Shown: piece after piece, positions 58,800-64,000 of the stretch
How positions within the stretch are numbered: position 1 is the first letter of the stretch
How the letters are laid out: each line of letters begins with the position of its first letter
Assembly (NCBI RefSeq): GCF_006345805.1
Contig: NC_043012.1
Span: 23,312,001-23,376,000, forward strand
DNA length: 64,000 nucleotides
Source of the DNA: Octopus sinensis
Taxonomy: Eukaryota
Reading direction: 5' to 3'
The notes under the pieces: generated by a model
The model's database searches: none
What the model saw: the letters and a program-made list of their open reading frames with translations, nothing else
What the model was told of the DNA's origin: nothing
Program-made: the position numbers and the translations under genes

Positions 58800-58992
58800 T
58801 GTAATCATCCGCCATGATTGACCGCTAGCTCCAGAAGTTTTTTATTCTCTGTTTATTTCCTTGTGTTCCTTTCTGTTGAAGATCATAGGCTCGAAAGGTA
58901 AAAGACTTTCTCTCCTTCCTGAGCGTTAAACTAATACAGCTGTTTGTTGTTTATACACCTGTCTTCGTCTTTTGTTTTTCTATACATTTCAA
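58800..58992 (+). mobile_element. Short PLE-like repeat, family P1, with degenerate HHR
   Basis: cttt-CTGTTGA-A-GATC-ATAG-GCTC-GAAAGGTA-AAAG at about 58869-58904; homologous to 60010-60178, 61812-61900 and 62505-62815. Confidence 0.65.
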
Positions 58993-59248
58993 CTATATAT
59001 ATATATATATATTATAGGTGTATGTGTGTGTGTATATAATATATATATATAAACGGATGAATGAATTATCCTTTGTTTACTGTTAACATGGAAAATTCAT
59101 TAAACAGTTCCCAGGGTAGCAAAATTCACGCAAGCAACACGGATGTAGTGACCTATTCAAAGGTAGAAACTGTGGGTTAATGAGCAGTAATTTGTATAGT
59201 ATAAGTAAATAAATGGAGTTGAATGCAGAAGTTATTCAAATTCTTTTA

Positions 59249-59334
59249 CTTTCGACATATGTTTCAAAGACAACATTGATTTTATTCCAAAGGAATAAAC
59301 GGTGTAAAATAATGTAATCTTCTCATCAGGAAAG
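59249..59334 (-). ncRNA. Type I hammerhead ribozyme with long helix II (GUC cleavage site)
   Basis: CUUUC-CUGAUGA-GAAGA...UCUUU-GAA-ACA-UA-UGU-C-GAAAG; perfect 5-bp helix I and palindromic helix III. Confidence 0.85.
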
Positions 59335-59612
59335 AAAGAGAACCTATCTCAACAACAAAACATTATAACAATTTTGATGACTGCATAAATGATAAACAGA
59401 ACGCTATTACGTATTTAAAAAAAAAAACGTTAGTAGATACGACATCAAAGGCAGACCCTAGGAAGAGAAGGGGTAAAAAACTAATAAGTAGAGAACAAAT
59501 AAAGAGGGATATATTGATTTTAAAAAAATGTTCAAAGGCATGGAAGTAGATTTCTCTATTGAAGTAAAGTGCAAGGTGAACTAAATGTTGAAACTATAAA
59601 GACTGGTAAAAA

Positions 59613-59966
59613 TCACTTATATGAGCTAAAGGTATGTTTCTGCCAGTGCTTACATTTGTAAGATCGCTCTATAAGTGTGTTAACAAGGTGATTCTTAGAG
59701 AAGAGAATATGGAAGAGTTCAGAGTTGCAAATGTTACAAAATCTTTTGCCCTTATCATAGGGGAAAGATATGAACAGGATGAACCAATCTAACTTAAAAT
59801 CCCTATTGTTGTCTTTAAGATACCAAACCAATTTACTTAGCCCTGTGCTATAACGTTTACTGCTATCCCGAAATGAAGAATAATGATTGGAAATTCTCTT
59901 AGATAACTGGGAAGAGGATGCACCAATGTAGAAGTAGACATTGGTACCGCAAGAAATTTTACATCG
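59613..59966 (-). pseudogene. GIY-YIG endonuclease C-terminal fragment (about 117 aa, no internal stop, 5'-truncated)
   Basis: RCKISCGTNVYFYIGASSSQLSKRISNHYSSFR...LSKLVWYLKDNN...FCNICNSELFHIL...LVN...KCKH; YIG at 59922-59930, plus R..H, CxxC and KCxH motifs typical of PLE endonucleases. Confidence 0.85.
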
Positions 59967-60009
59967 ATTGCAGCATATGAGTGTTTGAAGGAATACTGCA
60001 CTGTTAATC

Positions 60010-60178
60010 CCTATACATTTTTTCTCTCTCCTTTTTTTTCCTCTGAATCCTTTGTCAAAGAGCGTAGGCTTGAAATGTCAAAGACTTTTCCATTCTTCTT
60101 GAGCATTAAACTAATACACCTTCTTCTTATTCTCTCACGTGTCTTTTGTTTTCTGTAAATTTAAACTATTTATAAATG
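60010..60178 (+). mobile_element. Family P1 copy with degenerate HHR
   Basis: tttgtcaaagagcgtaggcttgaaatgtcaaaagac at 60051-60086; joined to the 5'-truncated end of the GIY-YIG fragment. Confidence 0.6.
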
Positions 60179-60189
60179 TACATATATAT

Positions 60190-60335
60190 ATATATATGGA
60201 AAGACTTGTATATATATATATGGAAAGACTTGTATATATATATATATATGGAAAGACTTGTATATATATATATATATATATAATATATGGAAAGACTTGT
60301 TATATATATATATATATATATATATGGAAAGACTT

Positions 60336-60373
<38 letters not shown>

Positions 60374-60383
60374 AAAGACTTGG

Positions 60384-60420
<37 letters not shown>
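60190..60420. repeat. Compound minisatellite: 6 x GGAAAGACTTG separated by variable (TA)n
   Basis: Units start at 60198, 60222, 60250, 60289, 60326 and 60372. Confidence 0.92.
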
Positions 60421-61419
60421 ACAAGTATTTCCATTCCTGAACAAATTTTAATCAGTTTTGGAAGACAGAAAATGAATCACCCATTCCAGAAAAACCTAAC
60501 CTATACATACTGATAGTAAATTCAATCGTAATGGCAACAGTGTGTGCTAAATATAATTCAGTAATTAAAAACCATTGACTTCCACAATGAAGAGAGGTTT
60601 TGGACAGACAGGGAAATTACTTTCATCAGAATTCCTTTTCAGTTTTTGTTTCCTCTTTGATTTGCAATATGTATGTGCAAGATAATGGTAAGTTTCAAAA
60701 CTTCTTGGTTCCCTCTGGTTATTTATAGTATTTCATGTGATCTGAACATGCCAAACCAGTGGGACTTCTAAAAAGTATACGTAAGGAAGGAATTGAAGTT
60801 TGGTGCTTCAAAATGGATTGAAAAAAAGTAAAAATGGAAATGGAAACACATGTTAATTTTACATTACTTTCATTCCCAAGAGGAGGTTAGGTTAAGGGTG
60901 GGTAGAGGACAAGAAGGATGAAGGGAGAGGATGAGAAAGAGAGAGAAAATAATAGGGAGAGTATGAGGAGGTGGGAATGAGGTGTGGAAGATGGGGGGAA
61001 GGGAGAAGGGAAAACGGAGAGGAGAGAATGGGAGAAAAGAGCAGGAGAGGGAGGGGTGCAAAGGATGAAGAATAGAAGAAAATGAAATTATTTGGTTTTC
61101 CAGCACAGTGAGTGAAATGTTAAAAAAGGGTACAACAAAGAGGTTTCTTTGTGGTCACTTGACCTGCTAGAAGTAGCAGCCAAATACTCCCTCAAATCGC
61201 ATCCATTTCGAAAAGAAAAGTCTTGCATTGATCAGATTCTTACATTCTGAATCATCTCTGAACTCCAAAACACTCTCTGATAGCATTCAACATCTGTGCA
61301 AGGGATGGACATTGTTAAGTGAAACACAATGCAGACAAAAAAAAAAGACAAAAAAGAGAAAATCCTCAAAAATTATAAAATAAATTGTTTATTGTTTCTA
61401 ATGATCTTTCTGATGGCAA

Positions 61420-61800
61420 CTGGCTAGGTGATACATCAAACTACAAAGGAAGAAAGAGCAGACATTGGGTTAACACATGAGCAAATCCTAAAGGTTCTAG
61501 ACATTGCAGACAAAATGTTACTGATATACCAGAATGTTCAAGACATGCAGAGAAAGATATGCCTAACTGACAAAGCAGTGAAAGCCAGACTGAAGATTAA
61601 CATTGGAAAGATATTGATCACAGAAATCTTTAAGAGACAACCTTGAGTTTGCCAAGACTGAAATTTTCAAAGTTAGATGATTCTGTATTTTGAAAGTGTG
61701 GTGCTCAGAATTAGAGACACAGAAGGTGATATAGAAGTGAATCTTGGGAAAAGTAAGTGAAGCTTTTGTCTGGAGAGCAAAGGTTCTGCCTTTGCTCCAC
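61420..61800 (+). pseudogene. Decayed non-LTR RT fragment (RTE-like)
   Basis: LKVLDIADKMLLIYQNVQDMQRK...KARLKINIGK resembles the L.DLDFADD..LL....DMQ.K......GLKIN..KT pattern. Confidence 0.55.
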
Positions 61801-61811
61801 TGAGCTGAACA

Positions 61812-61900
61812 TTTTGACGTTTTGAGCCTATGCTCTTCCACAGAAACGAACACAGAAAGAAACAAGGAGAGAAAATAAAGAATGTGTAGTGGCTAGTGAT
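61812..61900 (-). mobile_element. Family P1 copy with degenerate HHR
   Basis: Minus strand ttt-CTGTGGA-A-GAGC-ATAG-GCTC-AAAACGTC-AAAA. Confidence 0.6.
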
Positions 61901-62139
61901 ATACATATATATATATATATATATAAATATATATATAAATATTTAAATAAATACGTTCCCTAGTTGTAAGCACTATCCGCAGTGAATTATTCACTGCAGC
62001 CCTTCGCTTCAGGAGTCTCTCAGCGCGCCAGAACCAAGACATTTGAAATTTTATTCCCGATGTAATCAGTAAGACTAAGCACGTGTCTGTCTTGACACAG
62101 AGAGCTGGGGTTAGTCTTGCGGTTTGCATCACAAGGACC

Positions 62140-62217
62140 GAATGTACTGAAGAAGTCACGGACACTTGAATTATGCAAGTAATTCTTTTGTTAAGACCGA
62201 AACCGAGGTATGTATTT
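62140..62217 (+). ncRNA. Type I hammerhead ribozyme motif (GUA site) within a structured element of about 430 nt
   Basis: GAAUGUA-CUGAAGA-A-GUC...GAC-C-GAA-ACC-GA-GGU-A-UGUAUUU; helix I 7 bp with G-U pairs; A.C mismatch at the base of helix II. Confidence 0.65.
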
Positions 62218-62504
62218 AAGTCTGTTATTTATTTAATTTTTCATATGTCCTGCCCGCCAAAGTTGGTTCTGGTGTTCGCTGAATTCTTCCTCTAGAGAAT
62301 TCCCTTGTAGTTTGATCGTTGATGATCTTCTTTAGCATTTGGCCGGCTACCTAGCAGGCCAGCCCTGTCAATATACACATATATTTGAATTTTCTCTGAC
62401 TCCTCAGATTTTTTGAATGCTGGACTACTGGTTTTAAATTGATATTAAAATTAATATTAATTTATCTCCCTCAATTTTTAAATATTTTTATATATATATA
62501 TATA

Positions 62505-62815
62505 TATAGGGAGAGTTTACGAAAAACAACAAAAGACGAAGACAGGTGGTGTACAAAACAAACAGATGTATTAGTATAATACTCAGGAATAGAAAAAGTC
62601 TTTTACATTTCAAGCCTATACTTTCCTACAGAAAGGGACACAGAAAAAAACAAGGAGAGAAAAAAAAAATGTGTGTAGTAGCTAACGATCTATCATGGCG
62701 ACTGACTGCCAGACAGAAGGGTCACACACCAGAGTGAAGAAGTAGGGGAGATAACAAAGTAAAGACGATCCCCAACACGAAGGTGCATGTGTGTATAACT
62801 GAGGATATGTATGAG
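62505..62815 (-). mobile_element. Family P1, longest copy, with degenerate HHR
   Basis: Minus strand cttt-CTGTAGG-A-AAGT-ATAG-GCTT-GAAATGTA-AAAG at about 62597-62635; 3' end abuts (TA)n. Confidence 0.65.
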
Positions 62816-64000
62816 TGTGTGCATGTGTGTGTGTAAACCTACAGAGCTTCTGAAGTTTGCAACTGATTTTCTCCAAACTGGGAACATACATTACTTATAT
62901 TCCAGAGATGGTTTTTAGACTCTTATAATGTTTCACATAATGAGTAACGGGGCCCCTGGGGGCAGAAAACCCCCTTTCCTGGGGTACATATGACTACCTG
63001 CATGACCCATGGATTGCTTCTGGCCAACCTGGAACAAGCAGCTACTGAAATGATATAACTAGGTTGTATTAAATGGATGAACCAATGTAAACTTAAAACT
63101 GCATTGTCTAAGCCTGTTCTCGTAGTACCATAGGTAGCAATTTGTTGGAATAAAAACCGTTTGGAACACACTGTGTTTATTATGAAAAATATGCTAAAAT
63201 ATGTTAAATCTTGAGCAACTATTCAACTATTTTCGTTTAACTTCAATATCAAAGTCTGTCTTCTAAGCTTAGATGAAGCCCACACAAATATTCTTCCGCT
63301 GTTGATTACAAACCAAAATATTGCATGTACATTAACCTACTAATTTATGATGTCTAAGACCCAACCATGTTAGTTAGAGACTGTGTCCTTAATGTAACCA
63401 TGTGTGCTCGGACGTTGCATGCAGAACTGTTTTTGTTTAGGAGCTGAGTTATCCTCATAATGTAAACATGCTGTTTATGCAAAGGAGTGCATGGTTGAAT
63501 TACGACTATTGATTCCAAACAAAAATATTGCATGTCAGTGTTGTTTTCAAGCGCTTCCTTGCCAATTCCACACCCCTTATCACATCATCTCTTTCATGTA
63601 GATTTCTCTCATGTGGTGCTGTTGAGCATGACCACAGGCTTAATTTATCACATAGATGTAGTCCCTATGTCTGCTGATTGCTCAGTAAGGGAATTGCAGC
63701 GCCAACGGCCACAAAGGAGAGCATATCCACTGAGAGTTTTTTGGTAAATTCAAAATTCACATATGCTCCACTGACTTTTCCATGACAAGGTTAGAGCCTG
63801 GAATCTTCCAAACAGATGCATGACATGTCACTTAGTCGAATTAGCACTTCATTTTATCCACAAATGTTTTGTCGTCAATGCTGCACTTCTCCAAATCACA
63901 TGTTTCAACTTAACTGTACCATATATACAAACTATGCCATTTAAATCCCAAGCAACGCTGGGTATGTCTGCTACTATATATATATATATATATATATATA

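Larger units (their letters stand above)
59050..59966 (-). mobile_element. 3' portion of a Penelope-like element: GIY-YIG endonuclease C-terminus plus HHR-bearing 3' region
   Basis: See the coding fragment at 59613-59966 and the HHR at 59249-59334; the 3' end abuts (TA)n. Confidence 0.85.

Noticed and set aside
59340-59615. Possible selenocysteine/SECIS system as reported for Naiad PLEs
   Set aside because: Cys positions in the fragment use TGY codons, the TGA is terminal, and no SECIS-like AUGA/GA stem was seen by eye
60190-60420. CRISPR-like repeat-spacer array
   Set aside because: The repeat is only 11 bp, the spacers are (TA)n, the context is eukaryotic and there are no cas genes

Overview
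AT-rich, microsatellite-dense eukaryotic DNA. It is inferred to be from an octopus or other coleoid cephalopod, based on its SINE/LINE families and simple-repeat load. No host protein-coding gene can be supported, and almost all ORF-track hits are translations of microsatellites or SINEs. The window is a mosaic of tRNA-derived SINEs (about 5 families), decayed RTE-clade LINEs (one with a PHD-like finger inside the RT), hAT, piggyBac-like and unclassified MITEs, and local duplications. The main unexplained signal is a set of type I hammerhead-ribozyme (HHR) motifs in several unrelated Penelope-like (PLE) or retrozyme-like repeats: three well-formed HHRs (29863-29907 +, 59249-59334 -, 62140-62217 +), one minimal HHR (30992-31024 -) and six degenerate or partial ones. 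One lies 3' of an uninterrupted GIY-YIG endonuclease C-terminal frame. Three sit at the junction of head-to-head fold-back inversions, and nearly all abut (TA)n tracts. All structures were folded by eye, not computed.
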